Part shown: piece after piece, positions 1 to 11,875 of the stretch
Position numbering within the stretch: position 1 is the first letter of the stretch
How the letters are laid out: each line of letters starts with the position of its first letter
Assembly: GCA_965637545.1 (NCBI GenBank)
Contig: OZ281498.1
Location: 17,856,001-17,920,000, forward strand
Direction: 5' to 3'
Length of the DNA: 64,000 bases
Source: Phallusia mammillata
Taxonomy: Eukaryota
The notes under the pieces: model-generated
What the model saw: the letters and a program-made list of their open reading frames with translations, nothing else
Told to the model about the DNA's origin: nothing
Databases searched by the model: none
Made by a program: the position numbers and the translations under genes

Positions 1-43
1 AAGCGCAGTATATATGATTTGGGTTTGATCCAGCATTCTATAA

Positions 44-344
44 CAGTGGTTCTCAACCTTTTAATTGGGCGGACCAGTAAACTTTCTAAACAAATTTTGC
101 GGACCGGTGGACTTTCAAAATCAACCCAAAATGCAATTACGACAAAAATATGCAATTCAAAAGTATGAAAATTTCAATTTAATGAGAAGTTTGCTGCTGT
201 CTGTTTGATACCTTATGTGTTAAACGCGGTTCTTGGAAATTTACAAAAATTAAATTGAGATAAAATTGTAATATATTTGGCGGACCGGCAGGAAAGTTGA
301 CAGGGACCGGCACCGGTCCGCGGACCAGCGGTTGAGAACCACTG
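44..344. mobile_element. hAT (Charlie-like) MITE, 301 bp
   Basis: Terminal inverted repeats CAGTGGTTCTCAACC / GGTTGAGAACCACTG; perfect 8-bp target-site duplication TTCTATAA at 36-43 and 345-352; subterminal GGACCG/CGGTCC motifs; no ORF. Confidence 0.9.
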
Positions 345-3300
345 TTCTATAACATCCCTTCGAGGGTTGACATGGCAAACAGTTGGACCACATCATGTTT
401 GACTTCTTGTTTATAAGTGGACAGATTTTATGTCTGACAAGAAGTCGTGTTTTTGCCTACAAACATGTGTTACTTACTGATCACAACCCTATTGCTACTG
501 TGTACCTAAAGTCAAACATCTACAATCGGCAGCATAGAAAATCGTGTACTATGTTTAGGATGAATATACAGAACTGATTAAATTCGTCCTATTTTTGGTT
601 AAGACCAACACAACGTTGTTTTTATTCATGCAAAAGACCAACCCCAAACATGAACTATTGTTGTTTGTTCATACAAAAATCATCTAGATATGTACTACAA
701 TATCATCGTTGTTGCCAGGTAGTATTTTTGTGAACTTCACTTGTAAAAAATCATCTGCAAACTAGAGCAGCACACTTTTTGTATTTTTTCTTTTTGCCCT
801 GCATATATGGTCCTTCAATTTCCATTGAATACAATTTAAAATTTGACATTTTATTTTTTTCGTTCCAAATGTAAAAACATTTGTTTTGGAACATACCAAT
901 GTATTACAAAAAATAGTATTGCCCTGCCCCAAAGGCAATCGGCACGTGGATGATATGCTCATCTTTCCTATGTTTTTTTGTGTATTTGTTTTGCTTGCAT
1001 TTATTTTTGAAGTTGCTGTTTCTTAAATAATATGTTTCAAGGCAATGATCATTATGAGTATAAGCTATGGTTAGGTAGTGATCAAATAGATTGTAAAACA
1101 GATATTGCATTGTCCAGCTCCAGGCTGTTTGCTAAGTCAAACGGATACAGACACACAAAAAAAGAAAATAAAACCTTGGTGCAGGGGTGCACAACTATTT
1201 TGCTAGAACGGCCGCATCGCAGATTCTTATTTCACCAACGGCCGCCATTTACCTGCTTATTTTTGTTTCAAAATACTTGGTTTATATCATGCATTTACCA
1301 TCTAATAGCGCCCCAAAAGCCCATATTAATTTCTAGCTTGGTGCACACATTGAGCTGCACATCGAAGAGATCAGTCTTAAGTGTTTATGATGTTGTACTG
1401 ACCCAGTGGGTAGACAATTAAACACTCCGTGTATCTGACTCTAATAAACAAACAAACTATCACTGTCGAAACAAACCTAAAAAGACGCAAACTGATTTAA
1501 CGTTCCCACATTATATTTCAATAAAGCATGCCACGAAAGCGCCTCTTGCGGCTAAACACGCAACACAAAAGTCACCGCGCCACGAATCAACTGTGAGATA
1601 TCAATTCCAATGCGTACTCTGGTCACTCTAGGTAACTTAAGGTCTTATGCACTGAAGGTAACTTATGCATTCTTATGGTAACTCTAGATGACTGTAGGTA
1701 ACTCTAGTTTTTAGTTTGAAACACGTCGGTCTTTATAGCGCTCAGGTCAAATGTTGTTATGCAAGCTGAGCTGTAAAAACGTACGCCCGAGAAGGTTAAG
1801 TAAGTTCTAAACCGTAATTATTCTTTAAATTGCTTATAGAAGTGTCAAGTTTAACATGGCTGGAAGCAGATTAAGACGTTGCTTCACGTTAACACGTAAG
1901 GGGACGATAAAACGATAGCCTTAAGCAGTAATTGACCGGTTTAGTGATAAGAAAAACAGGTTTAAATAGCCGGTCAAGCTTTTGTGTAGAAAAAAGGCGA
2001 GTTATGAACGGGTTTGACCGGGCCAATGGCTACGTCACACAATTACATGCAAGTTTTAAAATTAAAAGTCCAAAGTCCGATGTATTTTGAATTAAAAGTC
2101 CAAGGTCCGATACAATGTCATAATCTATATTGTGTTGCTTGCGGTACCTGTTTTGTTCGCATTGTTGGCACACAATAGGCGTACAAAAAGATTGACATTT
2201 GGGGTTATTAGGCTGGTAATACTCTTTTTAGTACCGCAAAAACTGTTTAGTGTAGTTTAAAACACCCCTGCCCAAGTTTAACCTTCCAGTGTTTTAATCT
2301 TAAACAATTGCAAATTGCCGTTTTTAGCAACTATAGATCCTAAAGCTTGACAAAAACGAGTATTGGGATTGTACTTCCCAAAAAAGACCTTCGTCGAACC
2401 CCGGTTAAGAACCACTGGTGTAGGTAGTGGCCAATGACGGTATCATCCGTGTTACAAGAGTTTGTCCACTGACCAGGCGACTGTAAAGAAAATTAAAAGT
2501 ACAAACAAATGAATACGTTTGTTTACCAAATCAAGCAAAGCTTTTTTCCGAAACCGAATTACTACCGCCTTTGTGTTCAAGTGTGATTCAAAGATCCTCG
2601 CCGGGAGTTGGTTATATTTGTTTCAAATTCTCCCCAACACAAGGGTAGAAATGAAATTGTACAGGTTCGTTTTTCTCAAAGATTATAATGAATACAAAAC
2701 TTTATTAGTGTATGAAAGTAATTCCTAACTTTCAATGCCGCCATGTGTAAAACATCAAAAATTAACTTATTGTTGCACCTAGAAAATACAGCCACGATGT
2801 CTGCAAAGTATTAGCTGTTTTGTTTCGGTTGACGGTTATATATTACAAAAGTTGCTCTGTAGTTTCAGAAATAGGTTCGCCTGCATCAACAATTTTATTC
2901 GGTTTTGACCTATTAAGGCGGGTTCAATGCATCACCAATTTAAACCATAAACAAGCACAGGAAAGGAAAGGAAACATCCTAGACTCGAAATTTCTGTCTG
3001 CATTAAGCTTACCAAACAAATCCAGAAATCTAGCGATTTTAATTCTATGCCAGAGACCGTCAACTTAATAGGGCAAAGGCTCAGCATTAAAACCACAAGC
3101 ATTTGCACACAATATCCGGTAAAGCTCTTTGCGACACGTATCGGTATTTAGCAATTTTTTGTGATTTCAATTCTTATGTTAGCAGCTCTGCCATCATGGG
3201 GAGGCAGCAAAGGTGTCATAACGAATTAACAATTTATTTGAACAATTACGTGGTGGTGGAACTACGCAAACATCAGCAAAAGTGCTTAAAATTATAGCAA

Positions 3301-3782
3301 TACATACAACTTCATTTCTAGTTCACTAAACGAAAGCACATAACATTCAATATATACAATCCAATACGCGATGATCCAAAACCATTACGAAAATGCACAT
3401 TACATTACACTCTCCACCATCTCATCATTCTCTCTGTCAAGTCTTGAACTAAAGGATTATTAGCGATGATTTCCAACTGACCTAAAAATTTAAAGTTTTC
3501 CACTGGTAAAAGAGAAAGAGTTTAATGTTAACATGTAGCAACTGTTGGCTGACTTTACATACTTTACAACAACATACAATTTCAACTTGTTTTTGAAAAG
3601 TTGGGTATGAAGTCAAATATTTGCACCAATGTTGGTGGTTTTTAAAAAACCTTTTGTTATGGTTCTTTTGCCAAAACCTAAATCAGAGATAACCGAAAAT
3701 TCAATTTAAACACAAAAGTTTTTCGGAAATCCATTGATATGTTTGCTCTTTGTCTAGCAATGGCTTAAAACGGTCTACAACT

Positions 3783-5366
3783 CTACGTACTCGGCAATAT
3801 ACCACGCCCACATGGACAGTGCCGATACGCTTCGCCGCCTCTCATTGTCACGTGACATCCAGCGTTGCGTGTACTGCCATCTCGTGGAGGACTATCAATG
3901 AGATCAACTTCAATTTTGTCCAGCAAGTCAAGAAGGTTTAAAACACGAAACATATATAAACGCCGGTTGTTGCAACTGTGATAACAATGTAATAGGTTTA
4001 AGTATCAACACGATAAGGATAGGAAAGCTTTGGACACCAGTTTGATTTAGTACAACGCCTTCAGTAGGCATGGTTGGATTTAATAAACCAGTAAACAAAA
4101 TATATTTATGCAAATTGGTTCAATGTGACAAAAAAATTTGGTAGGAAACAAAAAAACAAATAAGAGTGAAAAATTCGGACTTTGGTTTGGTATTATCGAC
4201 AAGTCAAAACGTTCTTTCTTGAACTATTAAAAACACAAACTGTCCTGATATAGTCACTGTAATAGCATGGTACTTACCTTACGTATTCACCATTTACTTC
4301 ATACACATCCATTCTTCCAATATCAGTTTCATCCAACTGCCCTCCTGCTATTTGGATAATTGTGTTGTTGACGTCGGTTCCGTTGCGAAATGTGCTTCTG
4401 ATCGAATTTTGACTAAATCGTATTCTTGCCGGGGAAAGGCTTTCGGTCCTGCTGGATGCTCGCGTTGTGGTTGCTGCTGCGTAAAGCACAGCTGCCGTAT
4501 CAGCAACCATGGCGGCTCCTGTAAGCACCGAACCCCAACTCATCGTATTTCTGGGGCTTGTTGAGTGCACTGATACAGCACGAGAACTGGAACTGGGATA
4601 GTTTACCCTGTGGGCCACCTCCAACTGGTGGCCTAAATAGCATAATTGATTTATAAAGTTGGCAGAAAATGAATCCGCTACAAAAACGAAACACAGCTGA
4701 ATTGTTAAAATCTGTATTGACAAGGGGTGACAATTTGAATTTTATAAAACGTCTAAGCACGCGTTGACCAAGATTTGAGAAGTGTAATACCACCTACAAT
4801 TATTTATTTGTAATTCAAATTAGGTTGATTATATCCATGCAATAACAGTTAGCCCTACCTGGTAATGGTAAATGTTGTTGACTCGGACAAGTGCAGTGTC
4901 GATAGGTTTGTGCATCACCTTGCATCTTGATGTGGCATCCAGCGTTGCCAGGTGACAACATAATATCTTGGTGGGAGCCACTGATTATATCCACAATGAT
5001 AACGTCTAATTTTCCTTTCATTTCCAGCACACGAAACACATATAGACGTTGGTTGTATTTGCTGTGCAAAAACATTTAAAAAACATAACAAATTTCAGCT
5101 GGATTTCTGGTTTAGTTTGGCTTTTAGACGGTTGCTTTAGGTAATCGAATTCTATTCCACAACACGCGTTGATTATACCTGTAAAACTTGCCACGTGTCT
5201 TGAAAACCTTTATGTTTTCAAGATGTATTGACAAAGGATCATCCAGAAGTTGGTCAACTATGTAATGCACATCATCTCCACCACGAAAAACAGGCCAAAT
5301 GCTGTCTTCAGTAAAATAAATCTCCGAAGGCCTTATCTGTTTGTTTATTTCAACCACCCCTGACAT
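3783..5366 (-). CDS. Spliced gene, 312 aa, with two tandem ParB/Srx-like (Tox-ParB-like) domains each followed by a GCH-x-YRHCxC tail
   Basis: Coding exons 5366-5179, 5061-4859, 4632-4278 and 3975-3783, all GT-AG with compatible phases (2,1,2), total 939 nt ending TAG. Repeat 1: IRPSEIYFTEDSI...FYS|KYNQRLYVFRVL...NAGCHIKMQGDAQTYRHCTC. Repeat 2: LSPARIRFSQNSI...YVS|CNNRRLYMFRVL...NAGCHVTMRGGEAYRHCPC. Gene structure is well supported; the family call is from motif recall only. Confidence 0.8.
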
Positions 5367-8129
5367 GCTCAGAGAGCTCGTTTGTCCAAAGCTGTATCTT
5401 GTAACAAATATACAATTGTCATAAAAATGCCAACGACGTAACTAAATTACCCTTATATTCCTAATTATCGATTCTAAAAGTAAAAAGCAGCGCTAATACA
5501 GTAACCAGCCCAAGAACACTGGCGAAACTATATTTAAAATATACATTCTAATTAAATATTAACCCCGTGATAGAAAAGCAAACACGTGAGTATTAAGACT
5601 CTAGGAAGAGAAGTTCAAATATTATGAGACTCCGTCTAGCTAATGTTAACTTACGATGTTTAAATAGAAACTTCAGTTTCCTAAAATTAATAATTAATAA
5701 ACAAAATCGCGTTTCTAAAATACAACGTAAACGTTGTAATCGTTTCATCTACCCCAATTAATGAATTGCATTAGTTAATACATATGCTTTCAACGCAACT
5801 TTCGCAAGAGTATAGGTGGTGAATAATAACTATATTTAATAAGTTACATGTTAAACGTAATCATCTTGTTTAGTTTAAAATACTGGCGGCATCAAACGTG
5901 CGGGTAGAATCTTGATACAAATGCTTGGAAAAAATCAAAAACCTTTTAACCACAGCTACACTCAGATAGCGGTAACAAGTTTACCAATTCCTGATACGTA
6001 ATTCAAACAATTGTATTAAAAAGGGGTTGTGATTGACAAATAACTCCAGCGGTAGAGATGTGAACTACGTGAATTATGTATGTGAACGCATGGTGACAGT
6101 GTAGAGTCATGTGTTAGCAGCAGTAGTTTAAATATTGACAAGGTAGAGAATTAAGAACAAGAAACAAATCAACATGCAATTATAACCCATGCACAAACAT
6201 AAATTGATATTTTATCAAGAATTTAAGATATCCTGAAAGTTATAGTTTATCTGTTGGTGAGTAGCCAAAAAAGTAGTTTTTATGCAATGCTATAGTATTT
6301 GATATTGAAAACTTGAGAAGACTGTACTAGAGTTGGTGAATACGTTCACCACATCTCGGTACGGCCATGTAGTCTGCAGTGATTTCGTCGTTTTGGATTG
6401 CAATTATCGGTTTGACTTAAAAACTTGGCAATAAAGCATGCAATTAAAACATGTGATAAGTGATGAAAATGTAATTGTTCGACATGCGATGAAGATCATC
6501 ACCCAGTTTAGTAATTTGTATACATTAGATTTCAAGTAGACATGAAAAGCAAAGTAAATTGATAATTATTGCTTCTCTGCAAAATTGTGACTCGACAAGC
6601 AAAAGATTTTTGTCAACATTTTTTGGCCAACAACCTTTGTTCAATCTGAACCGCATTGTAGATATGGTTCATACACGCAGGTCAAAACGGTCGACGTTAT
6701 CGGTTGTGGAGCGTCTGCTTTTCACCCCCAGAAAAGTACTGCTAGGGCCACCTCGCGTACTTGTAACGCATCAATAGCTTAGTTGGTCAAGGCTTATTTG
6801 TGCTGACGAAAGACAGAATGCGCTTGGAAATGATCAATTGTGAAGATAATAACAGAGAAAGGTTCATGTGGAAATCAGTCGTCAGAGCAGATTTGTATTT
6901 GATCGTTGTGCGTAGTTGGACGTCGCAGAACTGTAGAAACAAATTTAAAATGTTTTGTACACCTTTGTCTATTGGCTTCAACGAATCAAAGTCAAAAAAT
7001 TAACTGAAAATTATTTAACGTTTCAAGGTATTGTACTTCGCTTTTCTCGCCAAATTACCTGCATCAATAAAATATCACACGTTTAAATGCAGTTTATAAA
7101 ACACGCAGATTTAACAATTGTGACTTTATGTAGCGTGCATATTTAAGGAGATAAACCAACAGTTTAAATAAATGTGTTATTTATTCGAAGTAATATATTA
7201 GATCATTGACACACAATTATATTTGCTTACATCTTACAGCACGAAATTGTCGGTTTCAGTTTACCTCCAAATTAAAAACAATTAAATGTTTGGGTACGAT
7301 GAAATTATTTTTATTTTACAACGCTCTGCTGTTCTTTAAAGAAGAAAACTAATATTTCGTTTACGAATTAGTGTGATTGCAGTAACCCATAGAAAATGAT
7401 GGAGTATGTTAAAATTTAGGCATTTCCATGCGTAATTTTAGTGCAAAACTGTACAAATGTTTGAACTGTATTGTAATGAGTTTTAGGTTTCCAATTCGTT
7501 TACTAGTTGGTAAATAAGTTGCATTAGGGAACATTTATTACACATTGGATAAATGCAGAGGTTAGGTTTGGTTCCTTTAAGAAAAATAGTAAAATCCGTA
7601 TCACTGGGTATTGGAAGATATCCTCAACTACAGTAGCCTACGTACCTGTTCTGCAAAAAAGTACGGTTCAACAAGTGACATTCAACCATAACACACTGGT
7701 GTATTTTACAGTTCATCCTAAAACAAACATTAACACGCTTCACCAATAAACCGACAAACTGTTCTCAAGCAATACACATAAGCTAGTCATTGATTTTTAC
7801 AGCTACTTGTGCAGGTGAAATATGTAAGTGTGGAAGTGAGCGAAGTACGGATCGAAATAGTTAATTGCAAACCTTAGATAACTTCAACTTTAACTTTTGC
7901 ATTATGCCATGTTGTTTCTATAGCGTGAAATATTATCTGTTTGTAAAGTTTTAGTCTAAAGAGTACGGTTGACATCATTTTCTGTAAGCTTTCAAGGGGC
8001 GAAATAACAATCTGCAAAATTGACAACTTTTTCTGCGAATAATTTAAAATTTTAAAATTTTTAAGGTATGTCTAAGAAAAGGTTACCATTTGTAGCGTGT
8101 CAAACAGGAGTTACAGAAAACCCACGAAG

Positions 8130-11081
8130 ATGCTCAACTTGTTTTTGGGTGTGTTCTCTTTACTTGTAGTCTTGTTTTTCTATTGGTGGTATCAAAAACC
8201 CGAAAAATCTCCACCGGGTCCAAGGGGACTTCCCCTACTTGGAATTCTTCCCTATCTTAGCGGTTTTCCAGAAAGAGACTTTGGCGCTTGGGGAAAGAAA
8301 TATGGTCCCATCATGTCTGTGCCAATGGGATGGAAAAACTTCGTGATTCTAAACGATTACGAAATCATCAATGAGGTAATTGTTATCATTTTTTGAATTG
8401 GTAAAAAGAAACAACAGTGCCTAAGTAATCACTAAACAGTTTAGTGAAAAGCAAAATCGTGTGGGTTAAAGTTGAAAGCGCATAAAAAGTGGAACTGACT
8501 TCTTTTTAACAAAGTATAATTTTTGCACTTTAAAACCTTAACATGAGGATGTGTGTTTTTCTTTTTGGTAGACGTTAGTTAAACAGAAAGAGGAGTTCCA
8601 GGAAAGACCCTACATACGCCCATTTCACATGTTTTCAGCCAACGGAGTTGTTATGATCACAGGAGGTCCTGTATGGCGTGCTCATCGCCGGTTTGGCATG
8701 TCAGCTATTCGAAGGTACAAACCTTAACAAACCACTGAAGTATACTCATGCACATTTGCATCTATTGATTTAACAAGACGTAACTTTTTCTTTGAGCATA
8801 CGCTTTATACTTGATTTGTTAAACAGAAATTTCCTGCAATATCTAAATTTACATCAAAAACTTTACACCCAACATACCGGGAGAATAAGTGTTCCGTATC
8901 AAATCCCACATAAATTTTTTGGCTGTGTAACATAATGTAAAAAACAATTAAAAAGCGATGCCGATCAAAACTGAAAGAAAGTTGTTGCCCAAACTCAGTC
9001 AAAAACATTTTTGGAGGTTTGGTGGCAATAAAGGTGTGATGGAGCGGAAAGTTACTGACGAAGCAATGTATCTTGTTCAAGAAATGAAGGAATTTGAAGG
9101 AAACCCCTTTAATATGCAGGTTGAAGATAAAAAAGATCATAAGTTTGTTTTAAGCTACTGTATTTAATCTTCAATCTAATTTTTTGACTAACAGTGCAAT
9201 TTATTTGCTGACAGCATGGCTGAAAATGATTATGACCAGAAATGAATTGAAACTAGGAAAGAGTTCGCTTCGACTTATACAGCTCCCAATTTTTGTTTTA
9301 AACTTTTGTATAAACTTATAATTTGTGTAAAGTGAAATACAATCAACAGAAATAATTTCGTTCAGAGTCTTTTGACAAACGCTATTGGAAATATGATCTG
9401 CAATATGATGTTCGGCAGAAGATACGAATACAATGATAAAACATTTAAAAGGCTGATTACCAACATTGTGGCGTTGTAAGTTTAAAATAAATTGTTAGTA
9501 TTGTGAAACAATGTATTTAGTTTAATATGTGGCGATTACTTTGACCACACTCACACAACAATACAACTCGAGTTTTAACTGATTTCATACTTTTCAGTTT
9601 TGAAAACTTAAGTGACTGGAAAACGAACCTTCTTATTTTTCTTCCAATTCTGTGCGACGTACCACCCTTCTCAAATCATGTTAAAAAAACTTTAGATATG
9701 GTTAAACTAATGCGAGGTACTTTGTGAATGATTTCAAGGGTACTTTTTATTACTGAGTTGTTTATTTTCTATTTTAAAACCCAGCAATAATTGATGATGT
9801 TGCCAACGAACACAAATCCACTTTTGATCGGAATGACATTCGCGATATGATGGACGGATATTTAGAGAGCTTTATTTACAAGGACGACAGTTTTGTACTC
9901 TCGGTAAGCTTTAACAGGTTTTAAGTAATCACGTTATGACCAAAAATATTTTAAGCACTGCGAGGACTTCTTCGCTGATTTATTTGTGACGGGAACAGAT
10001 TCCACTACCACCACTTTGAGATGGGCTTTTTTGTGCCTAATGCTTCATCAGGACGTCCAGGAAAAAATGATAAAGGAAATCGACGACATCATCGGTTAGC
10101 ATTCAATTCTACATTTTGAAGTGAGGCGTTGTTATGCAAAACTTGCACAAACAATCTATGAGGAGAATATCAACTGAGGAGTTTTCGTTTGATATACATA
10201 TTCGAAAACATTTATGAGCAGTGATGAGACTTGTAAAAGTATGTTTTAAGTTCTTTCCGTGACCAATTATAGATACAGTATCTCATGACAACCAAAACTG
10301 GCGTTTTTTAAAAAAGAGTTAAATTCAAAACATCTTTCTCTCCATAAACTATGTTAACTCAATGACACGCCTGACAAAATTTGAATAACATACACCAATT
10401 CTTGCTTTACAATCGTCAACATGTTCTCTGTAGGAAAAGAAGGAACACCGAGCTTATCTCACCGCGAGAAGATGCCTTACTCATGTGCAGTGCTGCATGA
10501 AGTCATGAGATTTAGGACACTTGCACCTCTTTCGGCCCCACGTTGTACTACCAAAGACGTGACTGTTCGTGGCTATCGAATACCTAAGGGCACTCAGGTA
10601 AATCGCCTTAAAAAGATATACTTGCAGTATCCTGTCCCGAATGGACTTGAATCTAGTACAAAGCAATGTGTTAAAATGAGAAACTGTCTCTCGAGGCGTT
10701 TAAACCCTATTTGCAAATGATATCAATGCAGTGGGGGAAAATTATAAATACCTATTTATTCAGGTGTTTACCAACCTCTGGCAAGTCCACAACGACCAAA
10801 CTTACTGGAAAAATCCAAACAAATTTGAACCACAGCGACACCTAGATGAAAACGGAAACTTTACCAATTCCAGATACGTGATCCCATTTGGCGCCGGGGC
10901 AAGAGTTTGTATGGGCGAGCAGATGGCGAAGACACAACTGTGGATCTTTCTTATTACTATTCTTCAGCGGTTTAGGATATCTGTCGACCCCAATGATTCA
11001 GATCCGCCATCTCTCGATGACGGAAACAACGCTCTAGCTTATATTCCACCGGCTTATAATATGATCATTTATTCGCGGTGA
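8130..11081 (+). CDS. CYP-1: cytochrome P450, CYP2 clan, intact 9-exon gene, 486 aa
   Basis: Exons 8130-8375, 8572-8714, 9017-9119, 9366-9475, 9598-9716, 9785-9903, 9956-10094, 10434-10597, 10764-11081 (1461 nt, open). N-terminal anchor + PPGP, WRAHR (WxxxR), I-helix VTGTDS, EVMR (ExxR), PQRH, heme motif [10 protein letters not shown]. Confidence 0.93.
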
Positions 11082-11828
11082 ATTGAGATTTTCGTATAAG
11101 ATTGAATACGAGTTTGTATATTTACCTCCTATAAATTAAGCTTATATTTACCTCCTATAAATTTAACGAAGTTTGGAACTTGTAAGCAAATAACACTTTG
11201 ACATTTTATTTTTTCTTAGTACATATTTAACTTTGCAAACCATGCATATAGTTAAGTATAGGTATTTTGTATGTTGCTTCTGTAGCGGTCACGTGCTTTC
11301 AAACTATCATTATGGCACTTTGGTTTGGCTAAGCATTCAGCAACGGGAAATTCTTACCTTGAGATAAATGAGACTTGATGTGTGTTGCGTAACCAGAATA
11401 AAATACAGGACTAAATTGATCTTTTGTGGATCATGTCGGCTCTATGCAGCAAGCATTAAGAATCGTAATAATGAACATACTCGCTACTGCAGACATAACA
11501 AGCTTCTGAGTAAAGAATTACCTAGCCCAAGATGTTTAGCTGACGCAGGAGAACATTTCCAAACCAATAGTCAGTCCAGGACCTTGTTAATTATAGCGGG
11601 AACCACACACACGACACTCCGCACTTCAATGTTATTTTAAATCTTTTTCAATTTCACATATTACTACATGATGTAATATGTTAAATTGAATATGAATCAA
11701 AATATGTAGTGGTGGGGATTGTTATAACTAGTAAAGGAAGTATGCCCCGCATTTCCGGGCTTTGTCCTAGACTGCTGGTTGTGTGGCAGCTGTGCAAAGG
11801 AAAAAGGGTTTATCAAATAACAATAGAC

Positions 11829-11875
11829 TTCATGCTTCACCAATGAACCGTCAAACTCTTCTCACGCAACGCACA
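11829..11875 (+). promoter_or_regulatory. Conserved CYP upstream module containing an XRE-like core (CACGCAA = TTGCGTG) at 11863-11869
   Basis: Block CTTCATGCT(T/C)CACCAA...TTCTCACGC(A/G)A recurs at about 25575-25620, 39545-39590 and inverted at 50255-50320, each upstream of a CYP copy. Function is inferred. Confidence 0.45.

Noticed and set aside
2403-2417. Orphan hAT-like terminus GGTTAAGAACCACTG (and TAGTGGTTCTCAACC near 18643)
   Set aside because: No partner TIR or TSD found, so element boundaries cannot be supported.
383-3297. Short ORFs in the left flank (for example 1032-1421, 2820-3068)
   Set aside because: No recognisable motifs, no compatible splice chain found, and composition typical of AT-rich non-coding DNA.
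11122-11165. Short tandem duplications (26 bp here; also 20276, 30265, 32945, 44590)
   Set aside because: Two-copy slippage duplications, common in such genomes; no evidence of function.
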